The translations under genes were made by a program, and so were the position numbers. A stretch of 64,000 nucleotides of DNA. Origin: Azolla caroliniana (lineage: Eukaryota; Plantae; Polypodiophyta). Below, one piece after another: positions 51,401-64,000 of this stretch; positions within the stretch are counted from its first letter, which is position 1; every line of letters starts with the position of its first letter. The stretch spans positions 6,138,001 to 6,202,000 of the forward strand of contig JBHGNT010000017.1 in assembly GCA_043228905.1 (NCBI GenBank), in the 5' to 3' direction. The notes below the pieces were generated by a model. That model worked only from the letters and a program-made list of their open reading frames with translations. It made no database searches and had not been told where the DNA came from.

Positions 51401-54400
51401 TTTCGAACGTCAAACGGAGTAGCCCCAAGTGGTCATGCCATTTCAAATTGCAACATAAGTTGTCAACATAAGACTCCACCCCTTGTTGTAACCTTGCTAC
51501 AAAGATATGGTCCGCCGCTCTTTGGTAGGTGCTCAAGGCACTCGTGAGTCTGAAAGGCATCTGTTTATACGCAAACGTACCAAATTCCGTGGCGAAGGTT
51601 GTCTTGTGTTGATCCTCAGGAACCACCGAGATTTGGTTGTACCCGGAGAACCCGTCGATGAAGCTATAAGCTTCTACTCCCGTGGTTCTTTCGAGTAGAT
51701 GCTCCATGTAGGGTACCGGGTAATTGTCCTTGATAGTGGCTTCGTTAACTTGGCGGTAGTCGACACATATGCGGATCTAGCCGTTTTTCTTTGGGACGAC
51801 TACAATCGGGGAGACCCAAGTAGTTCGTTCGATTGGGTAGATAATGCTTGCAGCCAACATTTTGTTGATTTCGTCTTTTACTTGTTGGGCGTAGTTAGGG
51901 TTCATTGGGCGTGGCCTTTGCCAGATTGGGCAGGCGTCGGCTTGCATGGGGATACTATGGTTGACGACCTCGGTTGGGACTCCCTTCATGTCGACGGACG
52001 ACCATGCAAACATGTCGCTAAATTCCGTGAGGAGGGTGATCAAGGACGCCTCCTCGTCGGGCTGGAGATCTACGGCTATGAATACCGGTTTGGAGTCTGT
52101 CCCTTTCCCGAGGTTGATTTCTTTCACCCTTGCCAGTCCATCATAGACTTCTCCTAGGCCTTGGGGGCTGCGTTGTGGTCTCTTACAAGCCACTACCCTA
52201 TTCCCTTGTTCATAGAGTTTGAAATGCTTTGGGAAGTCTGCTTCCGTCGCAGTCTTCTAAGAGGTCGTGGAGTCACCTGGACGTGTGACTCGTTGTACCA
52301 GTTCTTCATCCCTTACGTCTACTTCTTTTCGCTGAGGTCCCAGGATGGTGACGTTGAAGCACAAGATTGTTTCTCTGTCCTCTTCACAACACTTTGTACC
52401 TATAGGGTACATTGTGTCGGTTGTGGCGAGAGCGTGTACCCAATTCATCTTTGACGTCTCAGAAGCGACGGATCGGTCGTCTCTCTCACGTACGTTCCCC
52501 TCTTTGGAAGTGGTGAGTCTTTGGGGAAAGTGTTGGCCTCTGGTCAAGAGTTGAACTGTCTTTGTGGGGTTGCACGCTAGGAGGTTGGTCTCGAACTCGG
52601 TGGTTTCTGACCAATCGTCTACGAGAGGGCTGCCTTCTTGTTCATGCACTTTTTGTGTGTATGCTTTGATGCGGAAGGTTTTGTTGTCCTTACGCATATA
52701 GATTATATCGTTCCCGAAATCCATTACCAGGCGACTTATACGTAAGAATGGTCTTCCTAGTAAGCACTCGTAGGCCACATGGTTGGACGATCTTGTGACG
52801 ACGAAGGTGAGATTAAACTCCACTCCGTGGATAATGAAATGATGCGCAGGGATCGTGCCTTCTGGTCTTTGGATGGACCCATCTGCCATTCGTAGTTTGA
52901 CATCGGAAGGAAGCATTCTTGGGCTCCCCCACTTACACCAACATTCGTAACTAACGATACTTACCCCTGCTCCGGTGTCAATGATTGCATCACACGTCTT
53001 ACCATTGACGTAGATTGGTAGAGTGAAACTAGTATCGTGGCTCTTGAAGTGAGCTTCGTGGACGTCGACTAGCGGTCCTTCGGGTTGTTTGAGGAATGTG
53101 GACGTGTGAGGAGTGTGGGTGTGTATCCCTTCACCATATTCTGCCGATAGGCCACCATTGAGGCGTCGAAGGACGTCGTACCATGGTTGAATGTCGAGTT
53201 TGAGTAGTTCTTCGAGCGTGAACTTTATTTCCTTGGCGAGTAGAGGTCGTAGTAGGGGGTTGTCGGCGATGAAGGTGCCAATGTAGCTCTGCACTTCGCG
53301 TAATGTGAGTCGCAATCTTAAATTTAAGATTTGCTGGAGTAGGGTTCTGTTGACCTCTTTGATTGGGGTAGGATGGCAAGTGGGGGTGTCGATTGGTGTG
53401 ACGACGAAGGGAGGTGAGGGGTTTACCCATTCTTCTAGTTGGTCGAAGTTTAAGCTTGGGAGACTAAGTGATTTTTGAAACTGTTCGTGGCATATGAGCT
53501 TGATGTATTCTTCTACCTTTTGTTTCTCAGCTACTGGGTTTGGGTATGCTGCTTGGTGTGCCGGTAGTTCTTGATTCGGATTGACAGGTAATGTTTCTAT
53601 GTCTCCCTCCGGTTCTTGATCTTGTTTTGAGGTCTGCGTGGAATTATTCTTTCTAGATTTTCGTCTCTTACGTGCGGTCACGGGGAGACCTTGATCTTGA
53701 TATTTTAAATTGTGCGCTACTCGTTGGGCCCGTGTGATGACATTGGCACCGATCGTGGATGGTACAATGGACAACAGATTTGTGCCGACCCTTTTCTTCT
53801 TTTCTGGGCAATCAAGTACTAAGTGTTCTTTACCGCACCCTGGGCATGATGCTTCTCTTTGGAACCATTCGATAAGGTCTTGCGACTGTTGGGTGAGACC
53901 TTGCGCCGGTGGTTGTGGGGGTGTGTCGAGTGGGAGGTGTCGTGGTCGTTGGGCCATCCGGTTGTAGTATTCATGTTTGGTTGGGCACTCACTAACCATA
54001 TGTGGGCCTTGGCAGTTGAAGCATTTCAATTCTGACCTCCTTAGACCATTGTTGTTGCGGTATCCCGTAGGGGGTCCACGTTGTTCCCCCCTCAGGATGT
54101 ACACTGGTATTTGGTCACCTTCGAAGTCCACGAAGTGGGACAACACCTCTTCTTCAATGCCATACTCCCGGTACGAGTCTTCATATTCGGAGGTGCTCGC
54201 CCCGACCTGGGTTTGGTTATCTGTGGTATATTCCAGTTCGGCGAAGCGGGCGTCGATGCGCAATAGTGGGGGTTGTTCTCTTGCGTATGCATCATGAAAG
54301 CTTTGCATCACTTACAGTATTGCGGTCGTCGTTGATGACGGAGGGGACACTCATGTCCCGTGTGGTGGCCGTGGCATACCGTGGGGGCTTGCCAACAGTT

Positions 54401-55657
54401 CTCTTGCGTATGCATCACGAAAGCTTTGCATCACTTACAGTATTGCGGTCGTCGTTTATGAAGGAGGGGACACTCATGTCCCATGTGGTGGTCGTGGCAT
54501 ACCGTGCACCTTACATTTTCTCGTTGGGTGTATGCTTGGGGTCTTTCTATACGGGCTGTTCGCGGTGGTGTGTGTAGAGCAGGGGTGGGGTCTGAGGATT
54601 TCTCGCGGTTGTTCGTAGGTGCTTGAGTGGGTATTTGTAACCTGCTCATTGAATCTTCAAAGGTCATCACTACTGTGCAGGCTTCAGCGAACGATCGACA
54701 CATCCTGGCAATTAGGAAATTTTGGAGTGTCGGATCGAACAGCCCATTAATGAAACGGCTCATCAACTTGTCATCCGACATCTTGTCTCTCAGACTACAA
54801 CGATGATGCAGGCTTTTCGTGCGACGTATGTAGTCCCTGACCGTTTCGTTTGATTCTTGCTTGAGGGGGAAAAGTTGGTCAATTGGGTTCCATTAATTCC
54901 CTCTGCAAGCGAAGTTTATCAAGAAATCCTCGATGACATACTCCAAATCGGCGGCGATGTCTTCATTCAATGTTCGAAACCAAATTCCGGCTTGGTCATC
55001 AAGTGTAAGTCCAAACACGGCTACCTTGGTGATCTCTGTGAGGGGTTCATAAGCGCGACAAATCTGTTTGAACCTCTCGACATGGTCATAGGCATCGCCG
55101 AAACCGAGGAAACGGGGTACTAGTTTAGAAATGGAAGCACTCTTCCCACTGTCATTTGTGAGGTTTCTCAGATGATCTGTGGGTGCTCGCTCTTTTTCCA
55201 TCAATGCTACAAGAGTTTGGATGGATTGTAGCGCTAGTGCGAGTTCGGCGTTTGGAGGTGTAGGGATTGTGCCCATGCGTGGTGGTGTCGGGTGTCGTTG
55301 TGTGCGGGCTTCGTTCGGGTTGTCGCCCGTTGTGCTCGAATGTGGTACGGGGCTGTGCTCCTGACCTCGGCGGTGCATGTGCGACGATGTTTCTAGGAGG
55401 TGCAGTTTTTGTTGCACTCGTGCAAATTTATCCTTCCTTTCTGCCAAAGCGGCTTCGATATCTCAAGTGGTGCTTTCCGGTTTTCCTCCTTCCGCAAGTT
55501 GTACCGTCCATAGATTGATTTCGTGTTCTATCACCCGTAACTCTTGCGCTGCATCTTGTATGTGTCGTTCTACACTGAGTGGGTCTGCCATTGGGCTCTC
55601 CTGTAGTGGGGCTGTGTTGAGAAGTGCTTTAATTCCTGGGCACGATGGGAGGTTCAT
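48419..55657 (-). pseudogene. Gypsy G gag-pol (gag, PR, RT, RH, INT, second protease-like domain, repeated tail)
   Basis: CFNCQGPHMVSEC, AIIDTGAGVS, FIDGFSGYNQI, YVDNL, VHTDASAFA, ISDQGSHF, NGSKLKRY, then AVIDTGASLT. Confidence 0.92.
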
Positions 55658-56109
55658 GTTTGGTAGTATCCCTAGAGTTAGCCACCCTCCGTGGTACCAA
55701 GTCGGGTTAGGTGGGATGGCATCGTGGGTTTGGTTGGTTTGTGTGGGCTCCTCCTGGCGTGTGGGTCAGGTTTTGAACATCTCTGTCCATGAGGATCCGG
55801 CCATGTTTTCTGGTCAAGATTTTATAGGTTCGTCGAACATTGAATCTTCGTCGAAGGGTGAATCTTCGTCGAAGGTTGGATCTGTGAGGTGGATTGAGTC
55901 TTCGTCGGAGGTTGAATCTTCGTCGAAGGATGAAGATTCGTCGAAGGTTGTTCTTTCGACGAACTTTGCGTGGGAAATTCAAACTTTTTGGCGCCAACGA
56001 TCGTTTCGTGACCCGTGGGGTGATCGTAAGCCGCGAGACTAGCGGTGATTATGCTTGCCCTGTAACGGCTCGATCTCCACAATGTTTAATGTTAATCGAG
56101 CGAATGAAC

Positions 56110-56408
56110 AAAAAATCGACTTAATTAAACTATGAAATAGTGAGGAAAAACAGAAAATGGACTTAATTAAACTATGAAATAGTGAGGAAAAACAGAAAAT
56201 GGACTTAATTAAACTATGGAATAATGAGAAAAAACAGAAAATCGACTTAATTAAACTATGGAATAATGAGAAAAACAGAAAATGGACTTAATTAAACCAT
56301 GGAATAATGAGAAAAACAGAAAATGGGCTTAATTAAACTATGGAATAATGAGAAAAAATAGAAAATCGACTTAATTAAACTATGAAATAATGAGAAAAAC
56401 AGAAAATG
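56110..56408. repeat. ~42-bp tandem repeat x7 in 5' leader of G
   Basis: GACTTAATTAAACTATG(A/G)AATA(G/A)TGAG..AAAACAGAAAAT units. Confidence 0.92.
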
Positions 56409-59046
56409 GTGGTTCTCTTGCGATTTCTTCCTTCGTTGAGTGGTTTGCCTCCGAGTTTTTGACTACTCGAAAATAGGCTTCAAGCATCGGTCGTATCCCC
56501 AACAGCAGCACCAAATAGATGTTAAGGATCTATGTATCGATGGAGTAAGCTCCTCGATGTCGTGGCGGGATTCGGACCGGCGTATACCCTCTTGATGGTG
56601 AATCAGGCGGAGATGGTTGTCGGATACCTCTGAGCCTAACACTCACTTAACGATTAGTAAATGATTGAGCACAATATCTCTCTCACTCTCTCAAGCTCCC
56701 TCTCATAGACAATAGGTTAATAGATATAGACAATAAGAAGGAAGAGTATGTTTATTAACCCTCTTTGCTAAGAGGTCTAGCACCAACAAGGAGAGAGATT
56801 AGTGTTCTCTAACTAAACACCTCACTAATCTCTCTTAAGCTCAAAGGTTACAAGGAGGAGGAGAGGAAGCTCTAGCTCTAATCAATAGGAGATCTTTACA
56901 AATGGGAGAACCCCCACAAAGCCACTACTATGTGGTTTATATAGCTTTCACGTTTAGGGTATGGCCCTTTCACACTTGACCGTCTCTTTGCTTTCCTTTC
57001 CTCTTGTCGTTTCCTCTTCGTCTACGTCCTTGTTGATGCGTTCTTATTCGTGATTAGTTGTGTTGTTATTCCAGCGCTTAACAAGATGTAGACGCACCAG
57101 ACTTGGACGACCGAAAAGACACTCCTAAAATGGGCCAAAGAGACACGGACCAAATGAAACGACACGGACGAAAAGCAATTGAAGAAGGCAGACAACGATG
57201 CAAAACGACGAAGACAAAAACACTGACTGACTACTGGAATACATAGAGACACATAACGACTGGACTATGGACTATGGCGGATGCGTAACAGGTGCAACGG
57301 CTGGATAAGCGGCCGAAAACAAAGATAAGATGTAGACGCAGACGAGACGACAACGGCAACATCCAAATGGCAACGACGCAAGACACCGACATGCGAATGA
57401 CGGTTGAAACGGTGACAAACATGGGCGGCCGACAAAGGCAATAGACAGCGATGCAGATGGCTGGACGGGCCAATAGAGACGACAACATCAATGGAGATAG
57501 CCAGACAACAACCGAAGAATGACGGAAGAGCAACCGGACAGGCGGCCGGACAGACACAGAGACGGGAGACGAAAATGGTTGGACATACGAGCTGACAGCG
57601 GATGGCCGGACAAAAAGACAAGGCGAAGGATGATGGCTGGAGCAACGACCAAAACACCAACACGATCGGACTGTGGCAAAGTCAGACTTAGAGCCGTCGG
57701 GCGATGGAGACAATGACAACGACGGACAACCGACTGACGGGTAGAGGAAGAATGGGAAAATGACGACGTATAGGGAAACGATGAAGCAAAGAGGAAAGAG
57801 AAGCAGTGGTAGCATAACAGAGTAAAAGAAGAAGAGAAAAGATAGAAGAAGAGAAAGGCATGGACAGACAGACGCGAGCAGGAGAGATGGAGACAGAAGA
57901 AGAAAGAGAGAGGAGGAAAAGACAAACAGGAAGAGGAGAAGAAGCAACAATTCACACCAAGAAGAAGGAAGAAGACAAAGAAGATGCAACGACAAGAGAG
58001 AAAACATAAGAAGTAGAGAAGAAGACAAACACAAAAGCGGAGTTAAAAACGACCTAAAAGCAAAACTCAAATGATAAAAAAAAGCAAACAAAAAAAAGGA
58101 GATGAGGGCATCCGGGAAGTTTTTAAAAAAATTTGAGAGTATCAAACATAATTTTAAAAAAATATGAGAGTACATGAAAATTTTCTAAATCCTAAGGGTA
58201 TTGTTAGAATTTTAAAACCTTGAGGGTAATACATAATTTTAAAAATTCATCAACTTGGAGTAATTGGAAGAGATCGACTCACAACAACTCACAAAATAAA
58301 AGGAAGAATACACATACACACAACCTTTTTTTGACGACCCAAATGATGATACCAAAGTTGGTGAGTTGACAGAACGAGAATGCTCGTGTCGAGGAAGATT
58401 CGTTGGCCAAAGGAGAAGTTTGAATCAAGCGTTCCAATCGAGAGAGTCGATCAATGAGAGGACTGATGAAAGTTTCGGTCGAAGAAAGATGACGATCAAG
58501 GCATGTGGGATCGACGTGCAAGGCACTCTCCCACTGGCATGCCATAATGTGTTACCATACAAGATGTACGGAGAATAGAGTTTGACGAGCGAGGGTCGAA
58601 TGTTATAATGTGGTTGATGTGTATGAGTATATGTGCACAAGTATAATTGTAAGTATGAGTCGATATGTATGTGAACACAAGCACACGTGTGTGCATGTGG
58701 ACAGATACGAGGTGTGAGTGAGTGACTAGTGTGAATGGTGAAGGGGGCTTGCACCCCTATGTTCTACCCTTTTGTAACTATTTAACCCTTTATGGGGAAT
58801 GAATGAAGAAAGGAATAGTTCTCTCTCAACTTCTCTCTCTCTTTGACACCTTTTCTCTCTCTCTTCCTCTCTCACGTTGACCCCCTCCTTGGGAGGGGGG
58901 TGGAGCCATTCTAAGCACCACCCCCCACCCCGCAATGCTTATCAATGTTTACTAATCTCTCCATCACTCCGCAATGCTCATCATCGCACCCGTCATTAAC
59001 ATCATGCTATCATAACTATCATAACCCTAACCCTAAACCTACAACA

Positions 59047-61436
59047 AATTGTATTTTGAACTACTGCAAAACTAGGTTACAAAGTTAGTTTATATACTGA
59101 CTAACTTAGGGCAACTGCTCTTCTCACTATTTACATAAATAGCCTAAACCTAGTGTGTTCAAAAGGGACGGGTGTGAATACGTCCATTAGATACCTGTAT
59201 TCAACACTCCCCCATAATGGGCATATACATCTTAAATCTGTAGTATTGAAATAAGTGTACAATACATATTAGTACAAAGTTTTCAAGCAAATCGAAATTT
59301 CGTTCGAGTTGGTGAACTTCGAGAAACAAAAGGCCGAGCTGGCCGAGGTCGAAGAGACTGATCGAACTTCAAACTGTCGAAGTCGATTGTTCGAAAACAT
59401 CCTGAGTGTTCGACGTAATCAGACTGATTCTTCGTTATGCCCATTTGGTGCCGAAGGGATTGAAATCGATCCGTCGAAAGACACTTGGTCATCCCATCTG
59501 CAACATTATCGATTGTAGGTATCTTCTCAAGGTTGATTTTTCCTGAAATGACGTAGTCCTGAACAAAGTGATATTGAATGTCGATATGCTTGGAGGCATT
59601 GTGATGAACTGGATTTTTTTAGAGAGCAACAACACCATGACTATCGTTGTAGACAACTAGAGCCGAGCCAAATTCGACTTGTCAAAACGTGCATGCTAAC
59701 CGTCCGAGCCATAAAGCTTCTTTCGTCGCATCTGACGCGGCTACATATTCGGCCTCAATTGTTGATGTAGCATTGCACTCTTGGAGTTTCGATTTCCATG
59801 AGATCGCTCCATTGTCGAGTTTGAAGCAATATCCAGTTGTCGATTTGCGACAGTCCACACATCCAAAAAAGTCTAAGTCGGTGTATCCGACTACGCCTGA
59901 AGTGTCATTCGGACCGAATAGGATGCCATGGTCTTTTGTGCCCACGAGATAGCTAAACACATGCTTGACTATGTTCCAGTGCTATCGGCTAGGATTGTGC
60001 ATGAATCTACTGATGACTCTAACGGCGTGAGCAATGTCAGGCTGTGTCGCGACCATCGCGTACATCAAGGAACCGACTGTCGGTGCATATGGAACCGACT
60101 TCATAATTTCCCCCTCCGAACCGGATGTCGAATAGTCTCACTAAGACAGCCAAAAACTAATGGGGAATGGGGTCGAAGCAAATTTTACCAATTGCATGTT
60201 GAAGTGTTCGAGGACACGTGTAATATAGTCAGATTGGGACAGAAACAATTGTTTTTTATTTTCATTCCGACTAATCTTCATGCCAAGAATGTGTCTTGCC
60301 GGACCAAGGTCCTTCATGCCAAACTTCAACAGTAGTTGCAGAACGAGTTTGGCGAGCTCTCCGGCATGCCGACCAGAGAGTAGCATGTCGTCCACGTAGA
60401 TGATGAGTAAGATGGGTGACCCATCTTGAGTTGTTTTCGTGAAGAGACAGTGGTCCTCATCGCTCTTCAAGAAGCCGACCGACTGAATGAAGCCATCAAA
60501 CTTCTTATACCACTGTTGTGGTGCCTGTTTCAGGCCGTATAGACTCTTCCTGAGTCGGTAGACTAGATGTTCTTGGCCGGGTACCACGAAACCATTCGGC
60601 TGCTCCATATAAATTTCCTCCTCTAGGTCACCGTGGAGGAATGTCGTTTTGACATCTAGTTGGATCAACTCTAAGTTCTTGGTTGCCACTACGCCGAGCA
60701 TGAATCAAAGGGTTGTCATTTTCACCACTGGTGAGAAGATTTCGTCGAAATTGACGCCATATTCTTGTCGAAAACCCTTAGCCACTAGTCTGGCCTTGAA
60801 TTTTGGGGTGGTCAAATCGGACGTCTCTTTAACTCGATAGATCCACTTGCACGGGAGAGTGCGTCGATTCTTCGGTAATTTAACCAAGTTTTGTTTGCGC
60901 GAACGGAGTTCATTTCCAACTCCATCGCCAGATGCCTGGTGGCCGAATCAACTGAAGTCGATGCTTCTTCGTATGACATCGGTTCTCCAACGTTTGTAAA
61001 GAAGATACCAGGAGAGTATCTCTCTAGGGGTTGCGACAATCGTTCTAAACTTCGAGGTATCATTGGACTAGTCGCTTCGGGTATTGATGTCGGATGGTCT
61101 AGAGACGAGTTGTTTAGTTGTGCCGAGTTGGACATTGTTGAGTCGGTACTAGAGGTTTCGGCTACCTATGAAGCCGACCTTGTGTTGTGTGTTAGGTCGT
61201 CGTGAAGGGTTGGCACATTTGAGAAAATAACCCTTTAGACTTCAATTGGCTTTTCGACCGATTGATGTATGGCCAACTCATTGAACACTACGTCCGAACT
61301 TCGGACGATCTGTCTATGCTCTAAGTCCCAGAGTCGGTATCCCATTTCGCCATCTGATCCGTAACCAAGGAAAATACATTTCCTGGACCTTGGTGCAAGT
61401 TTACGGCGATCATCTTTCAGAATGAGGGCATATACT
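59047..61436 (-). mobile_element. Truncated Ty1/Copia element H (INT end-RT-RH, PPT, part of 3' LTR)
   Basis: KCIFLGYG, QLDVKTTFL, IYVDDML, STIEAEY; PPT 59207-59213; LTR end TCAACA at 59206. Confidence 0.9.
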
Positions 61437-61765
61437 TGTCGTAATTTGGCATAATACATTCCAGAATATTCTAAAGCCTTTAGTATATTAGATAGAAATA
61501 TTTTATGGTGTATTCTAGATGGGTATATTCTAGAGATATTCAATCTCAAAACTTGTACAAATATTGGTAATCCCCTTGGTCCCTTTCAAGGGATGTAACA
61601 CACCTCATCTTTGTCTCATTGATCTTTATTTTTGTCTTCATGCCCTCATGTTGCTCACAACATCTAGAGTTCCTGGCCTCGTCACATCTAGCTCCAAGTT
61701 CATTCGTCGCTCGTAGCCCCATCATCTATGCTCCGTTCTAGTCCGCGCTCGGTGTGTCCTTGACA
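61437..61765. mobile_element. Short LTR-like segment (TGTCG...TGACA) joining H and the LINE
   Basis: Interrupts H integrase; TG..CA inverted termini; flanks TACT/CATG do not match. Confidence 0.55.
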
Positions 61766-61769
61766 CATG

Positions 61770-64000
61770 AGACAATTGGTTTACAACAAAATGGGATATT
61801 TACCCATTCGTTGAAAGTAAAAATAAAATAAAATAAAAATAGAGCTTAAACTAAATAGTTCTAGTAAAATAACAAACATGTTCTACAATGAAATGGTTTT
61901 ATACTAGGCCTAGTTTCATTTCCATCCAAGTCTCTCGAAAAGAAGCGGGAGGTCAAAGGGTTTCGATGTGGATGTGCCCCCCCATGGTCCCAATGTAGAA
62001 GGTACCCTGACCATAGCTTCTAGTCGGCGTAGCTCACGTTCTCTTATCTTCTTAATCGTTTCTACTCCACGTTGAGTTGTTTTGAAGCCCATCATCCAAG
62101 GGTGTTTGGTTGTTCTTTGCATTTCTGATTCCTCCCCTTGTTCCTGAAAAATTACACTACTTACATGTTGATGAATATTAAAAGGGTTATGGTTAACACT
62201 TTATAGCTTATTCTCCATATGTTGTTTTAGCTCTAAGATATACCTACCTAGTCTCTTTATATCCGGGGTATCTAATAGTTTGGAGAGGATGGGAGAGGGT
62301 CCTAATATCTCTTGGTATTTCGTCATTATCTCGGCATAGGTTGGACACTTGCATGTAAAGTGATACTCATCCTCCATCTCTATGTGACATAATCTACATA
62401 GCCTTTGCCCGCCTTTCCTCTCTAGGGACTCTATTAGCCCGACCATTCTCAATCTCAAGTTGGTGAGATGATATCCTAAGTTGTCCAATGGCCACCCTTA
62501 GTGCATTTGATAAGAATGTATCTAGATATCTTGGTCGTGTAATAAAACCTAACTTAGAGAAGTGCAAGAAGTGTTCCTTATAATACGACATTTTAGATGG
62601 GAGTGGCTCTCGTGGGGTGATCCATGTATATCGGGTGTAAATTTGCCATATTTCTTGGCGTATGACTTTATTACGGTCTTCATGAGATATTAAGGTTTGA
62701 TCAGTCCCATGATTGTACTTAAGGAGAGGTAGGTTATTAATGTCTATGCCATTTGCAAGTAACCAACTCACTACAGTGCTATACTAAGAGGTAGTGTCTC
62801 CATACGCATATAGGGATCGGGATGCCTCAAAGACTTGACGAGAGATCCTATCTTGTGGTTGGCTATGTATCCAATGAATAAAAACTACCACTTGGAAAAG
62901 TGTTTCTACTAACATCAGGGGCAAACTGAACTCTGCTCTAATAATGTCATGTGGTATTGTCGATTTGCTTCGGAGTTGACGTGATAGCATCATCACCAAA
63001 GGTCTCTCTAATTGCGTCCACATGAAAGATGGTAGACTTGGATCCCATACTACTGATACATACATGAGGGAAGGGGTCACTAATGAGTCGAAGAGCCATC
63101 CCTTAGTCTGTGGCTCTTGAAAGTATGTCTGGTGGCATTGTCTCTCTAAAAGGGAGAGGGATGCATACCCTCTCGTTAGCCTATCTTTGGCTGCCTGGGT
63201 CATCAAGAATTTACCTGAATGAGCACTAAAAGTGACTCCCAAGTATATATATGATTCGACTACCTCAACTAGTTTATGAGAGAGGAGTAGGTGACATTTA
63301 CTCCTAACTCGGGACGATGTATGAAAGATAAGGACTTTAGTTTTCGCTTGATTCACTACTAGTCTTTGTTGTGTGCAAAAGCATCTAGGGCATTAAGATG
63401 CTTTTGTAGGTCATGTTCAGACTTCGAGGGCAAGACGATGTTGTCTGCGTAGAGTAAGAGACTAACTTGCGTACCCCCAATAGTTACTCCATTGCCTCCC
63501 TTATGAGCAATGAAATCAGTGATCTCATCAATGTATATCCCAAAAAGAGTTGGTGATAGGGGGCAACCCTGTTTTACACCCAATGGTGCTGGTGAAGCAA
63601 TCAGATAGGCCACCTGGGCATCGTACGCACCCAGAGACTTGCTCATATAGAGCATAAATGGCTCAGATAATGTCATTTGGTATCTCCAAGCTTTTAAGTC
63701 TATCAAACAACCTCTCCTTAGGAACTTGTGTCAAAGGCTTTGCGGAAGTCCACAAAGCAACAATATAGTTTCTTCTTACGAGCCTTCGTCTTGTCAATTT
63801 AGCACCTAAGTGTGAAGATATGGTAAATAGTGGAGAAGGCTCGTCTAAAGCCAGCTTGCTCAGGTGCTCGAAGACTTAATGTTTCCATATAATCGCTGAG
63901 CTCTGCTTCCATTACTGCACCATATAGTTTAGAGTGCGTATGACCTATCGTAATGGTCCTATATGTATTTGGGTCAATTGGGTCCCCTCCTTTTATGTAT
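61770..64000 (-). mobile_element. Degenerate non-LTR retrotransposon (LINE) ORF2 3' part and 3' UTR, runs off window
   Basis: GVKQGCPLSPTLFGIYID, LLYADNIVL, YIYLG, SSHQLEIENGR...LCRLC...EDEYHFTCKC. Confidence 0.9.

Larger units (their letters stand above)
42967..57083 (-). mobile_element. Non-chromoviral (Athila/Tat-like) Ty3/Gypsy element G with extra 3' coding region
   Basis: 564-bp LTRs 42967-43530 and 56520-57083 (about 18 mismatches); perfect TSD AGATG; PPT 43531-43538; Asp-like PBS TGGTGCTGCTGTTGGGGA 56496-56513. Confidence 0.95.
41551..59046 (+). mobile_element. Non-coding LTR element F (~2.4-kb interior without retro-ORFs), host of G
   Basis: Direct repeats 41551-42038 and 58550-59046 (TG..CA); PBS-like TGGCGACCAC at 42045; no PPT; flanks GGTCA/AATTG do not match. 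Confidence 0.8.

Noticed and set aside
54275-54505. ~123-bp duplication in G gag (and a 32-bp duplication at ~11268-11320 in B)
   Set aside because: Ordinary local duplications in decaying elements.
57231-58175. 314-aa hydrophobic ORF suggesting env or a membrane protein
   Set aside because: By-product of a purine-rich plus strand giving Leu/Phe/Ser low complexity; no recognisable motif.

Overview
Eukaryotic (land-plant, probably non-seed plant such as a fern or moss - inference from the retroelement lineages) genomic window. Only one host gene fragment is present: the first coding exon of a BI-1/Lifeguard-like membrane protein (2036-1793, minus), whose intron carries a 92-bp tandem array. 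The rest is a deeply nested retrotransposon pile. Copia A (4440-41545) contains Gypsy B (8120-25233; it holds a solo LTR, a fold-back DNA element and Copia C) and Copia D (26907-41459; it holds two LTR insertions and a very young chromodomain Gypsy E). Next is a non-coding LTR element F (41551-59046) containing Gypsy G (42967-57083), then a truncated Copia H and a LINE. Most interesting: (1) diverged LTRs with TGTCG..(C)GACA-type ends (B and three other LTR types) all carry an antisense tRNA-like Pol III A-box/B-box module in U3 and make 4-bp, mostly CG-centred target duplications; (2) element F has tRNA-Arg-like primer sites at both internal ends and no PPT; (3) element G has a second aspartic protease after its integrase plus a PMD-like extra ORF. 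All boundaries and mismatch counts were read by eye; no searches were run.
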